Source of the DNA: Eledone cirrhosa
Lineage: Eukaryota
Assembly: GCA_964016885.1 (NCBI GenBank)
Contig: OZ024758.1
Coordinates: 31,868,001 to 31,932,000, forward strand
DNA length: 64,000 nt
Direction of reading: 5' to 3'
Within the stretch, counting starts at the first letter, position 1. Every line of letters starts with the position of its first letter. Made by a program: the position numbers and the translations under genes. Shown here piece by piece: positions 50,101 through 63,200 of the stretch. A model generated the notes under the pieces. That model did no database searches, had not been told where the DNA came from, and saw nothing but the letters and a program-made list of their open reading frames with translations.

Positions 50101-52809
50101 TTGGAACTGGCTGATCAGGTTCTTGAGGCTTTTGCACCCCCCCGCTCCTATCGGATACTCCCACACAGTCCCAGCGTACGTCTAAGATGCTGTTCCAGTC
50201 CCCCGCTAACAGTAAAGGGCGAGACGTACCCAGAAAGGCTTCCAGGCATCTAAAGAAGTCCGGCCGTCCTGCCCCAGTAGGAGCATAGACGGCCACCAGT
50301 CTAAAGGCACCACCTTCATTATTGTTCACGTCCAGGACCACCAACTACCCGTCCAGGTCTCGGAAGATCGACCTTACCTCGAGATCCAGGCCTTTCCTAA
50401 ACAGCACTGCCACCCCGCCTCCCATTCCCGGCCGACTAACAGATGCAAAGATCTGATAGTCGTCGAATATGGGGGCTAGTGCGCGCGTGCTGGAAATCCT
50501 GGTCTCGCTGACTGCAATTACATCCATTTCTATAGACCTGAGGTCGTTGAGCAGGTCACCCTGCTTCCAGGACGATCCCAGGCCTCGAACATTTAAACAT
50601 CCTACTCTTAATACGGCCATGTTGGCAGGTTAAACAGAGAGAGAAGGTTTACTTACCTTCCGGGCTCTTGTGAAGGTCGGGTTGTTCGACCTCCAGAGTT
50701 AGTGGGGTTTCTTTTGGGAACTCCTTTAAAAGTCTTGAAGTGGGTTTTACGTTCGGGGTTCCCACGTCCCGAGGAAAGCTGTCTCGTATTTCTTTGAATA
50801 TGTCGAGCGACATTCGCACCAGAACCAAATCTTCCGGCACGCGAAATGTGCTCGATTTAAAAATGTCCTCCTCTTTTTGTATATTTTCACTTCGTGCTAC
50901 GAGGGCCATCAGTTCCTTGTTGGCCCTCCTGACGAGCATGAAGTTTTGTATGTTTTGTTGGTGTGATTTTATTTGTTTGCGTGGCTGTGGTGGTGATGGT
51001 TTTGGTGGTGTTGTTTCGGTTGTATCTGTGTTTGTTGTGAGTGCGGTGTCTGTGGTTTCAGATGTTTGTGTGTATATTTGTTCTTGCGTCTGTTTCGGTT
51101 GTTTGCGTTTGGGGGATGATGGTGATGGTGATGGTGATGTTGATGTTGGTGTTATTGGAGAGATGTTTGCGTGGGTGGTGTCTGCGTTTTTTATTGTGGG
51201 TGCTTTTGTGCTTTGTTGAGTTTTTTTTTCTTTTTGTGTTTCCTTTTTTGTATTTTGGGGGATTTTGGATTTCCCTCATTTTCACTACTGGTAGATGAGG
51301 GGTCTGTGTCTGTAAGTGTGTCTGTATGTATGTTTAAGGTTTTATTGGTGTGTGTATTTTGGGGGGGAGGGGGAATTTGACAGCTTTCCTCGTTTCCCCT
51401 CTGGGAGGTCAATGTTGGTGGTGGTCTTTCTATTGGTGTTTTTGTTGGTGGTTTTGCCGGTGCAGGTGTTGGTTGTGGTCCTCGCCCCGGCGTCAGCAGC
51501 AGTGGAGCCTTTCGACCCCTTGCCTCTTTCAGCAGTTGAGGGCAGAAGGCTCGCAAATGGGTTTTTTCCCCACAAACAAAACACTGCGGCCTTTTGCCTT
51601 CGGTCATAATGTGAATGACCGTCCCATTCTGAAGGCGGATGTGGTCTGGGATTGTCTTCACATTCTCGGGCCTGATCTGGAGAAGGATCTCCAGGTCAAC
51701 GCCGGACCAGTCCTCTCTGGCCATTCTGGTCACTTCTATAGGGACTGTATCCATCCCCTCCACAATCACACATCCCAGAAGCCACCACATGTCAAGTCCT
51801 GGTGGGATTCTGGGAATGCGGAGACGGGCCGTTCTTTTTCCCATGTGGGAGGGGTACATTATGACCTTGCTGGTTTTGCAAGGAGTCATAGCGTGTTTCA
51901 TAGCGAGGGCTTCTGACTTGGACAACACCGAAATGGTGCCGTACTGTCTGCCCCTCTCTATGTACAGGGTGTCTTCTCTGATGCACCTCAGCGCGACTTC
52001 GACATCTTCTTGTGGGATTAACGCTGCCCTTTTGGTTTGTGCTGAGATGCATCTATAATGCACCGTTTTGCGCTCCACTGCCTCAATAGCTTCTATCGGG
52101 ACAGTTAAGTTGGCCCAAGTTTGCTCTTGCTTGATGAGCTTCCATGCCTGGGCCAACTTTTCATCTTTGTTTGAGAGGTCCATGTTGAAGCATGGCCTCT
52201 TTTTTTGCTGCTGCCGCAGCGAAAGTGGTCTTGTTTTCGTTGGGGGTGTTGTTGACGTTGTTCTTGTTGGTGTTGTTGTTAGCACTGTCGCTGTTATCAT
52301 TGTTGTCTTTGTTGCCACCGTTGTTCTTGGTGCAGTTGGTATTGTTGCTGTTGGTGTTGTCGCTATTTGTTTTCATGTTAGTGGTGTTGATATTGTTGTT
52401 GTATTTGTTATTTTTTTTTTTGTTATGTGTATTTTCGTTGTCGCTGTTACTGTCATTTTTTTCAAAATTAGTGTTCTTATTGGTATCATTGGTGTCTTTG
52501 TTTACCTTGTTTGTGGTGGTGTTTGTGTTATCAATGTGTGTTAATTTCGCTGTAGTGCTCCTCTCAACTTCTACGTCGTTGTCGCACGACAGCCGACATA
52601 TCGCTGTGGCGCGTGGCTAAGCCATGTTTTTTTACTTCGTAAATTATTTTAACATGTAAAAAAAAGTTCAAATATTATACTTTCCCCTTCACGGGGCAAA
52701 GTCTACGGGCTTATATCCCTTACGCAACAAGAAATATTTAACAACAAATAATTTAAACAGGCAAATAAACCGACTTACTGTGAGCGAGCAAAATACGTCC
52801 GCTTAGACC
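47181..52809 (-). mobile_element. Tx1/L1-clade retrotransposon copy B (different subfamily), full length
   Basis: ORF1 with CFVCGEKTHLRAFC; ORF2 from 50620 (GCLNVRGL, GDWN, YSDHK, NFRPITLLN, AYADD); (AAT)n flanks; small internal deletions. Confidence 0.95.
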
Positions 52810-52836
52810 AATAATAATAATAATAATAATAATAAT

Positions 52837-55800
52837 GGTTTCTTTATTGGCCACAAGGGCTAACACGAAAGAAAACATTAGAGACGGCACAGAACAGTTC
52901 AGGACGATACAAAGTGGGTTTTGGTCGTGTAAATAGGTTATAACAAAATTGGGCTATAAATAAAAAAAAATTCAAACAACAAAAATTCCCCAAGAAGGAG
53001 AAAACCTCCGAGGTGAAAGTCACACAAAAGACCACGGCCACCCTGACCACCAGGGAAAGCACCCTCTCTCACTTTCCCACTCCTCAGTCTACAGGCGCAT
53101 ACTTAGAGCAGGCCCGTTCACTCGGACCAGACTCGCCACTTTCATCCACCTTTCAACAAACTTACTAGGAGACAGCATTTGACTCTCCACCCTCATTTTC
53201 CTCTTCAAATGAAACTTGAAAAAGTTAATCAAGGATTGGCCGGAGAGGAAAGTGTCTGTCTTCAACCCTTTCAACCTTGTCCACCACACAATCTCTTTCG
53301 CCATGGCCACCAGGCAGATGAAAACTGCCTGCCCTTCCTCCTGTTTAAAAGAGGATGGCGGAGCTATCTGCACAATGGACTCAGTCGATAACCGGATCGG
53401 TCCTACACGCGACAGCAGCTGTTTGACATAGCTCCACAAGTCAGCAATCCTCGGGCACTGAACGAGTACGTGCAGGATGGTTTCGTCGCCCTGCGCGCAT
53501 CTTGGACAGGCTTGGCTGACAACACCTCCGTGCCTGTAGAGCTTATCCCGAACCGGCAACGCTCCCCAGTAGCACTGCCAGGCCAGGGATTTCTGGAAGT
53601 TGTCCATAGGCCTCGGGCTGAAAGTACTCTTGAAGAGAGCGAACAGCTAATCGTCTTCGATGCCCAGGGCTTCCCCGAGAACGTCGTCACTCTTTCCCTC
53701 CACTAATCCTCTATAGAACGCCGAGGTGGATGTTCCACTGATACTAGTGCCCAGCTGGTAGAGGGGGGGGTGATCGCTTGGAGAAATTCCAGCTTCCAAG
53801 CGCTATCCCTCGGTTTTTTCCTGATCCAGGACTGCAGCTTTGTCAAGGAGACGAGCTGGAGAAAAGCATGTACGCATTCGTCACCTCCGCCCGATCTTTC
53901 AGAGACAGCTTCTTCTCGGCCCATTTCTGGGTAAGAGAGGCCACCCTGCTCGTCACCTCATTCCAGTTTTTCTCCATCTGGAGGTCCGGACCGAACCAGA
54001 CCCCAAGCAATTTAACCGGTCCTTCCGTCCAGTGCCCCATGACGCTGTCGGACGACATGGACTTGCCTCTCCAGGTGCCGAGTTGCAAACCCACCGACCT
54101 TTCCTGGTTGATCTTTGCTCCTGTCACTGCTTCGTATTCCTTGAGAATGGTGCCGAGCATCTGGACGTGTTTGGTGCTCGACACCACCACGGTGACGTCA
54201 TCGGCGTAAGCTGACACGGATCTCCCGCATCCCAGTTCGCGTGGAACACTCCTCATCGTCTCCAATTTGTGCAGTAACGGCTCGAGGGCCAGTACGTACA
54301 AGAAGGACGAGAGGGAGCAACCCTGGCGGACCGAGTGCTTGATGCTGAAAGGCTGCGACAGGTAACCATTCACCCTCACAATCGAGCAGATGTCGCTGTG
54401 CATCACAGCGATCCAGCCCCTAAAAACGGGCCCAAAGCCGGCCGCCTTGAGGACCGCAGCTAGGTACCGATTGTCGACCCTATTAAATGCTTTAGATTGA
54501 TCCAAGTCGATCAGGGCCCCCACCCGTGCCAGGTTCCTTAACCACCCTCTCTATGATGTAACGCATGAGATGGAGGTTGTCGTGGATGGATCTGTCTGGA
54601 ATGGCACATGTCTGCGCCTCTCCCACCAGATCACCGATGACAAGCGCCAATCTCTTAGCTAACACCTTGGCCAAAATCTTAATATCTGCGTTTAGCAGAG
54701 TTATGGGCCTGAAGTTGTCTATAACGTCCCGCTTGTTCGGGTCTTTTCTCAGCAGCGCCACCGCTCCCCGGCTCACAAAACTGGGAATGCTCCCGTTCAG
54801 CTGCCAGTTGCAGTAGACATCTGCCAAGAGGTCGCCGAACAAGTCTGGCATATACGCATAAAGCTCGTAGAACAGACCATCAAAACCTGGTGATTTACCC
54901 CTCGTGCAGTCAGACATTGCTTCCCGTATTTCACCTGCTGATATTGGCTTTTCGCATCACTGCGCTGTGGTCATCAAGAGCCGCGGCAGTCCGTCGAGGT
55001 ATGCACCGAAGTCCATACTCCGATCCGGCCCGCCGCCGTTCCCAAACAATTGAGCAAAGTGCTGCTGAAAAGCCGCACACATCTGCTCGGGTTCGAGCAG
55101 CATGCGCCCGTTTTGATCAGGCAAAGACCGAATTGTGGAATTGTTGCCACATCGTGCCTCCACCACCCGGGCCCATTGAACGGCTTTCATCCTCTTGTGT
55201 CTTAGAGCACGCGCTCTAGCTCTGACAGCACAGCCTTCATGCTTTGCGTTGAAGAAATGGTCGAGTGCCAATCTCGCCACAAGCACGTTGGTTGCGATGC
55301 CTGTCCTAAACACCTCTTCTAGCCTTCTAACTAACTTTCCCTCTACACTATTTTCCTCTATTACTACTCCTTTGCTAAACCTTATCGGTTCTACTCTAAT
55401 AGCCCTTTTCAGGGTAAACCACCATCTGTTGTTGACAATCGCACCCATCAACGCACACTTAACTAATTCGCTAATCCGGTTTCTGTAAGCTTTGCGTGCC
55501 GGGAAAGACGCCTTCAGCTTCCAGTAACCGGGCCCTTGTCTATGGAGTCTATCTAAGTCAACCTCACAGGTCACGAATTTGTGGTCCGTGTAGTCGACTA
55601 CTTTAAGTTGTGGACAACCTACACTAGTCTTATCTGTTTCCCTACAGAATACCCTATCTAAATACGATCTGGATGACCCAATGCGGTTTACCCAATTCCA
55701 CATTGGTACATTGGACAATCCAGTCTATACCTGTCAGATAGTTCAAAATGTCCGAGCAGGTTGTTGAGACTTTTACACCCTCCTGCCCTGTCTACTAGCC

Positions 55801-58440
55801 CCACATAATCCCAGCGTGCATCTAAGATATTGTTCCAGTCGCCCACTAACACTAAGGAGCGAGACGTTCCAAGAAAGGTCTCTAGACGTCTGAAGAAATC
55901 TGGCCGTCCTGCCCCTGTTGGGGCGTAGACGACTACTAGCCTGAAAGCATTGCCTTCGCTGCCGGTCACGTCCAGCACCACCGACTTACCTTCTGGGTCC
56001 AGGAAGATGGCCTATATGGCGAGATTCAAGCCTCTCCGAAAAAGCACAGCAACACCTCCCCCCGATTTTGGACGGCTGGGAGATGCGTATACATCGTAGC
56101 CACCGAAGATCGGTGCGAAGGCTCGTGCTTCAGAGATTCTGGTCTCGCTGATAGCCACCACATCTATGTTTAGTGATCTGAGGTCGTTGAGCAGGTGACC
56201 CTGCTTCGAAGATGACCTCAGGCCACGTACATTTATACTGCCTATTCTAAGTATGTCCATGCTGGACGTACTTAGAATAGGCAGTATTCTAAGTGAGAAA
56301 GGATCACGTACCTTGATCGTGTGGGGAAAGGACAGTAGAACCGTCCCTTCGGCTCGTCATGGGTGTCTCCAAGATGACATCTTTATAGATTCTCTTGGAG
56401 AGTGACCCCCTGAAATCCTCAACTCCGTTGGGGAATTTTTGTTTTAATTGTTTGTAGTCTTTGAGTTCAATTTCCACAATGTTAATGTTTTTTGGTAATG
56501 TTCTTGGTGTTGGTGGGGTGTGGTAATTTACGTCTGAAATATTGGTGTGTTGTTTTATATGTTCCATTAGTCCTTGGTGTGCAATGTTTATGGGTGTGTA
56601 ATTTTTAAGGGGAGGGGTGATTTTGTTGCTGTTTTCTTGTTGCTGTTGGGTGTGTGTGCTTTGTTGTGTTTGTGATGTTGGTGTTTTTGGTGATGCTGGT
56701 GGTGGTGTGGTTGTTGTTGGTGGTGATGCTTGTAGTGGTGGTGGTGGTGGTGTTGCTGCAAGTCTCCTTGAAGCCTTTACCCTTCTTTGTTTGTCCTCGC
56801 TTTTGGAGGGCGAAGCTAAGTGGTTCTTTCGTTTTTGTTTTTTGTTCAGACCTCTTTCTACTTCACTCCCGCCTCATACTCCATGTCAGATTCCGTGGCA
56901 TCTGGGAGGGGTATGAGCTCCATGGCTGTTGGTGGAGCAGCTACTGTGACTTGGTATTGCTGTTTTAGTTGTCCGTGGCCTTGGTATGGGTGCTACGGAC
57001 GTTGCCCTCCTACTCACCATGGAAGGGTCTTCGGCCTCTGTTGCCTCCCCTGCTCTTGGTAGTAGCGGATCAGGCGTCGGAAGGAGGGGGGCTCTCTTCT
57101 TGGCTGTCTTCTGCGGGTAGAAGGCCCTGAGGTGACCCTTCTGCCCATAGAGATAGCACTTTGGGCACCTTCCTTCCACGCTTATAGGGAGTTGGAGTCC
57201 TTTCTCGAGGTCTATGATATCTGGGATGGCCTCGATGCACTCCTGGTCAGTTTGTATTAGCATTTGCATGCCTATTCCTGACCAGTTCTCTCTTCACATT
57301 CTCTGTATTTGCAGTATGGTGGTCCTGTCCTCGATTCCAGCAAGTACAGACGCGGCCAGCCAAGGTATGGGCACATTGGGCGGGACCTGGGTCACTTTGA
57401 CCCTCACAATTTTCTGCCCGCAGTAGGAGGGCACCAAGACTATCTCCTCACTCTTTAGGGTTTCCAAAGAATGAGACTTCGCCTCTTGGGGGGGTGGCGA
57501 AAAGTACGTCTACTGTGGCATACTTTTTGCCTCGGGTGATGTGGGTTTTGCGCGCCCAGACGCACCCAAGGCCTTTTCAATTTGAGCCTCTGTGGCTCTC
57601 TCCACCCGATGTGACATTTTGCTTACTGTGCGGTAAGTCACCGTGCGTAGCTGCTGGTCCTTGAAGAAATCGGGTGGAGGTTTCAGGGAAACTCTATTGT
57701 CGTTTCTTGACACCATGGCTCTTGCGACTGCCATCTCCTCCTCCGTGACTAGCACTGTTTCTATATTTTGGGCCACACCTGTGAAAGAAGTGGCGCCTTT
57801 TTCAGCAGCACCATTATTGCTGCCGCTACTGCTGTTACTGGTCTTGTTGTTGGTGCTGTTGCTGTTGCTGTTGCTACTGCTACAAACGGTGTTGTTGGTG
57901 TTGTTGCTGTTATCACTGTTGTAGTTGGTTGTGTTTTTTGGTGCCACCGTTGTTGTTGTTTTCGGTGCAGTTTGTATTGTTGCTGTTGGTGTTGTCGTTG
58001 TTTATTTTCTTGTTAGTGATGTTAATATCGTTGTTGCATTTGTTGTCATTTTTTTCTGTTGTCTGTACTTTGGTTGTCGCTGTTACTGTTGTAGTTGGTG
58101 TGGTTATTTTCTAAAAATTAGTGTTCTCAGTGTTGTTGTCATTGCTGTCTTTGTTCACATTGTTTGTTGTGGTGTTTGTTGTATCAATTTCTGTAACCCT
58201 CCTCTCAACTTTTACACCGTTGTCACATGACAGCAGACATATTGCTGGGGGGCGTGGCTCAGCCAAGTTTTGAAAAAAATTTTAAAAAGTAAAATGTTCA
58301 AATATTATACTTTCCCCTTCACAGAGCAAAGTTCAAGGGCTTATATCCCTTACACAACAAGAAAAATTTAACAACAAATAATTATAACAGGTAAATAAAG
58401 TGACTTACTGGGAGTGAGCAAAAAGACATCCGAACAGACC
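52837..58440 (-). mobile_element. Tx1/L1-clade retrotransposon copy C (B-type 5' end, A-type body)
   Basis: ORF1 core and ORF2 closely match copy A; 57900-58440 matches copy B 52300-52809; (AAT)9 on both flanks. Confidence 0.95.
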
Positions 58441-58467
58441 AATAATAATAATAATAATAATAATAAT

Positions 58468-60168
58468 GTTTTCTTTATAAACCACAAGGGTTTACATAAA
58501 GTAGACATTAAGGACAGTACAGGACAATACAGGACGGTACAAATGGGCATTTCTGCGTGTAAAAAAACAGAGGATGTAATAAAAATAACAAAGAAAAATT
58601 CCCCAATAGGGGGGAGACTTCCGAGGGACATTTGTGGAGAAAGCCCGTTAAAAGACCACAGTGACCCTGACCACCAGTCCACAGTGACCCTCTCCCAGTT
58701 TTCCACCTTTAATTTACAGACACATACTCAGAGTAGCCCCATTCACTCGGGCCATACTTGCTTCTCTCACCCATCTTTCAACAAAATGCTGGGAAGAGAG
58801 CACTTCCCTCTCTACCCTGATTTTCCTTTTCAAATGAAATTTGAAAAAGGTAATCAGGGCATCACCGAAGAGGTAAGTGCTCGTCTTCAGCCCTTTCAAA
58901 CGTGTCCACCATACTATCTCTTTCGCCATGGCCACCAGACAGATAAAAACTGCCTGCCTTTCCCGGCTAAAGGAAGAGGGCGGGGCAATCCTCACGATGG
59001 ACTCAGCTGGTAGCTGGATCCGTCCTACACGTGACAGCAGGTGTTCGACATAAACCCACAAGTCAGCAATGCTCGGACACTGGACGAGTGCGTGCAGGAC
59101 GGTTTCGTCGCCCTGCGCGCATCTCGGACATGCCCGGCTGACGGCACCTCCATGCCTGTAGAGTTTATCCCGAACTGGTAAAGCTCCCCGGTAGCACTGC
59201 CAGGCCAGGGATTTCTGGAAGTTGTCCATAGGCCCCGGCCCGAAAGTCCGTCCGAAGAGATTGGCTAGTTGATTTTCGTCGACGCCTAGAGTTTCTCCAA
59301 GTACGTCGTCGCTCTTCCCCTCCACTAATCCTCTATAGAACGCCAATGTGAAGTTTCAACCGATCACATTGCCTGATTGGTCGAGGGCTGTGAGCGCCTG
59401 AAGACATTCCAGTCTCCAAGCGCTCCCTTTCGGTCTTCGCTTGACCCAGGACTGCAGCTCCGTCAAGGAGACAAGCTGGGGAAAGACATGTCTAGCAAAC
59501 GGCGACCACACCTGATCACCGTCGAGGAAGAGGTGGAGATCTCGTAGCCTGAGCGCGTGTCTGCGCATCATCAGCCACGGCATGCCCAGCCCTCCACGTA
59601 GCGGGTGTTGACAGCAGATGGACCGCCTGACCATCGGAACGCGTCTTCCACAAAAAGCGAAAGAGCAAACGCTCCAGCGCAGTCAGGCGGGGCTTAGGAC
59701 AAGGTACGGCGGTCAGGCGGTAGTAGATGACGGACGCGATGTACGCGTTAGCCACCTCCGCTCGACCTTTCAGGGATACCTTCCTCTCCGCCCATTTCTG
59801 GGTGAGAGAAGCCACCCTGCTCGTCACCTCGTCCCAGTTTTTGTCCGTCTGGAGGTCCGGACCGAACCAGACCCCTAGCAATTTAACCGGTCCGTCCACC
59901 CAGCGCCCAACCACGCTGTTGGACAGCATGGACCTGCCTCTCCAGGTGCCGAATTACAGGCCCACCGACTTTTCCTGGCTGATCATTGCTCCTGTTATCG
60001 CCTCGTATTCTCTTAGTATGGTGCCGATCACCTTGATGTGTTTGGCTTTCGACACCACTACGGTGATGTCGTCTGTATATGCTGATACGGTTCTTCCGCA
60101 TCCCAGTTTGTGTGGGACCCCAACTCAACGTCTCCAGTTTGTGCAGTAATGGCTCGAAAGTCAGGGCC
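58468..60168 (-). mobile_element. Tx1/L1-clade retrotransposon copy D, 5'-truncated
   Basis: RT C-terminus to zf-RVT (ACPRCAQGDETVLHALVQC) plus 3' UTR abutting (AAT)9. Confidence 0.93.
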
Positions 60169-60169
60169 A

Positions 60170-62775
60170 GACGTACTTGCCGGCAGAGGAATACCTTAAG
60201 GAGAAGATTATGGAAGTTGAAGAACCCCACAGCCAGTAACAAATTTAAAAGCATATTACTTGAAGCTTTTGATAGTAAGGAAGAGCAATTAGAGACATTT
60301 AATATAGAGGAACAGTGGGAATTCCTGAAAGTTAAGCTGTTGAAGGCGACTGATTAAATCTGTGGCTGGAGCAGACCTATAGGTAGGAGGAGAGTAACTT
60401 GGTGGTGGAACAGTAAGGTGGAGGAGTCCATCAAGGGCAAAAAGCAGGCTTGGAAAGAATGGTAGGATGGGGTAGTAGAGAACACTATCGGGTAGCTAGG
60501 AGAGAAGTTAGATAACAAGTATACCTTGCAAAGAGGGAAGCAGAGGATAGTAAGTTCAAACATATTCTACAACGGGAGGACCAAAGACGTGAGATATTCA
60601 GGATTGCGAGGCAATGTGTGAAGGAGAACTGTGATATTATCGGGGAGACATGTGTCCGTAATGACGATGGTGTACTTGCCCTCACTGACAGTGATAAGAA
60701 AGTAGCTTGGAAGTGTCACTACGAGAGACTACTGAATGTGGAGAGTGAATGGAATAAAGATAGTCTGCCCCACACCGATCCAATAGAGGGACCAGCTGTG
60801 CAAGTTGATGGTAGTATAGTAAGTAAGGCAACCAAAAATATGAAGACAGGCAAGGCAGCTGGGCCTTCGGGGATAGTTGCTGAAATGTTGAAGGTATCTG
60901 GAATGGTAGGACATACTATGGTCACCCGGATAGTAAACCAAGTAATACAGAATGGGGTCATACCAAATGACTGGTGTAGCATCATCATCATCAACTATTA
61001 CAAGGGCAAAGGAGACACACTGGATAGAGGAAACTATAGGGGCATTAAATTAATTGACCAGGTCATGAAAGTCACAGAAAGAGTTATTACTCAACTGATC
61101 TGAGACCAAATTGATCTAGATGAAACGCAGTTTGGGTTTGTGCCAGGTAAAAATAATACGGATGCTCTTGTCCTTGTACGGCAATTACAGGAGAAGTTCC
61201 TAGCTAACAGTAAACCCCTCTACTTAGCTTTTGTTGACCTGGAGAAGACCTTTGACAGAGTCCCACGCACCTTAATCTGGTGGGCTCTTAGAAAACTAAG
61301 AATGGAAGAATGAATTGTGAGAGCTATACAAGCCATGTATAGAGGAACAGTTAGCTAGGTAAGAATTAACAATGAATATAGTGATGAATTTAGTGTAATA
61401 GTAGGGGTTCACCAAGGCTCTGTCCTTAGCTCCCTCCTGTTTATTATTGTCCTACAGGCTATAACAGAAGGGTTTAAGACTGGCTGCCCATGGGACCTTC
61501 TATACGCAGATGATCTAACTCTCATAGCTGAATCCATGGCTGAACTAGAGAAGAAGTTCCAAACAGGGAAGCATGGCCTAGAATCAAAAGGCCTTAGAGT
61601 CAACTTGTCTAAGACTAAAGTTCTAGTTTATAGAAAGTAAAATAGGGCACAGGTGCCCTCAGGGAAATGGCCATGCTCGGTGTGTAGGAAAGGAGTAGGT
61701 AGTAATTCCATTTTATGTCCCAAATGCAAACTAAGGGTACATAAAAGATGTAGTGGGATCAGAGGTAAGCTATCTAAGTATCTAGATTTTATATGTGGAT
61801 GATGCTCAGGTGCAATAAGTAGCAAGGATCCACTGGATGATATCTCCTTCAACTGCCCAGATGGTTCTATAGAAATAGTAGTCACTTTCTGTTACCTGGG
61901 TGACAACATCAGCAGTGGAGGAGGGTGCTCTGAAAGTACAGTAGCCAGAGTTAGAACGGGATGGAATAAGTTCAGAGAGCTAATACTGCTGTTGGCCACA
62001 AGGCAGATTGTACGATGCTTGTATATGAACAGCGATATTACATGGTAGTGAGACCTGGGCATTGTGTGCTGAAGACTTGCCTAGATTAGAAAGAAATAAA
62101 GCTTGCATGCTCCGATGGATGTGTAATAGAAACTTGTGCGAATGGCGAAGCATAAACGAATTGAGAGAGAGAGACTAAGCATAAGAGGTATCAAATGTTG
62201 TGTTCTAGAGAGGAGATTGCATTGGTATGGACATCTGATGCGTTTGAAGGACGACAGCTGTATAAAAAAGTGCAGGGCAATGAAAATTGATGGAAGTTAC
62301 GGAGTGGGTAGACCAAGAAAAACCTGGGACGAGGTGATAAAAACTGACCTTGCCCACTTACACCTCTCTAAGACAATGACACTGGATCAAGACCTTTGGC
62401 ACCATGCAGTTGTATAGAAGACCCGACTGCCATTACATACAAACCTACAGTCAGTAGGCACCTCTTAACCCCACCGCCAATGTACACCCCACCGCCACAC
62501 CCTACCCTACCCTCCCTCTCCCGTTCTGTCCATTGTGTCGATAACACAACAGTCCACACTCTAAGGTGGCCATGTAGGAGAAAAGGCTCCCAGTCCACAC
62601 TGCAAATGTGGTTGGTGTTAGGAAGGACATCCAGCTGTATAAAACCTGCCAGAGACACTTCCGTACGAGCGAGACTTAGTCTCCCGACCATTCTCGAATC
62701 AAGTGGAACAAAACCGTCTAACCCATGCTAGCGAGGAAGGTGGACGTTAAACGATGATGAGGATGATGATGATGA
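60170..62775 (+). mobile_element. RTE-clade LINE, same family as 3330-5115, 5'-truncated and decayed
   Basis: TWWWN, KAAGPSG, NYRGIKL, FVDLEKTFDRVP, HQGSVLS, YADDL, PHD-like finger, GRPRKTW, (GAT)n tail. Confidence 0.93.
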
Positions 62776-62910
62776 TATCATCATCATCATGTTACATCTG
62801 CTTTTCCCTGCTTGCAAGGGTAGGACGGGTCCTATTAAGCACAGCATCTCTCCACTTGTCACGGTCCTTCGTCATCTCCTCTGTGAGCTTCAGCGATCTG
62901 AAGTCTGCTC
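62776..62910 (-). mobile_element. RTE 3'-end fragment, tail-to-tail with the preceding RTE
   Basis: (CAT)n then ttttccctgcttgcaagggtaggacgggtc; homologous to 28500-28620 in reverse. Confidence 0.65.
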
Positions 62911-63048
62911 TCGGGAGAACCTGATGATTTCTCCCGAATGAAACAGTTCTAGACCTGTAGAAGCCTTTTCTATATTAATATTTATACTTTGCTTTGTATT
63001 GAGTACCTTACTTACTGTGGTTACCCTCGATTGAAGCCGGGATAAACT
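62911..63048 (+). mobile_element. Probable Penelope pLTR fragment with hammerhead-like motif
   Basis: ctgatga...gaaacag-ttctagac-ctgta, followed by tattgagtac (motif shared with the reverse complement of the 22210 element) and ending in (TA)n. Confidence 0.5.
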
Positions 63049-63066
63049 TATATATATTTATATATG

Positions 63067-63145
<79 letters not shown>

Positions 63146-63146
<1 letters not shown>

Positions 63147-63199
63147 AATAATTGTTTCTACTTTAGGCACAAGGCCAGCAATTACCCAGTGCATTACTG
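63146..63199 (-). mobile_element. SINE tail interrupted by the long-TIR element
   Basis: ataattgtttctactttaggcacaaggccagcaattacccagtgcattactg, then an abrupt switch in sequence. Confidence 0.75.
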
Positions 63200-63200
63200 C

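Noticed and set aside
36104-60149. Many antisense ORFs overlapping the retroelements
   Set aside because: Shadow ORFs of GC-rich coding sequence with no independent motifs.
35437-60168. Tx1 copies as a tandem segmental duplication or assembly collapse
   Set aside because: The copies have different 3' UTRs, ORF1 types and private lesions, consistent with independent insertions.
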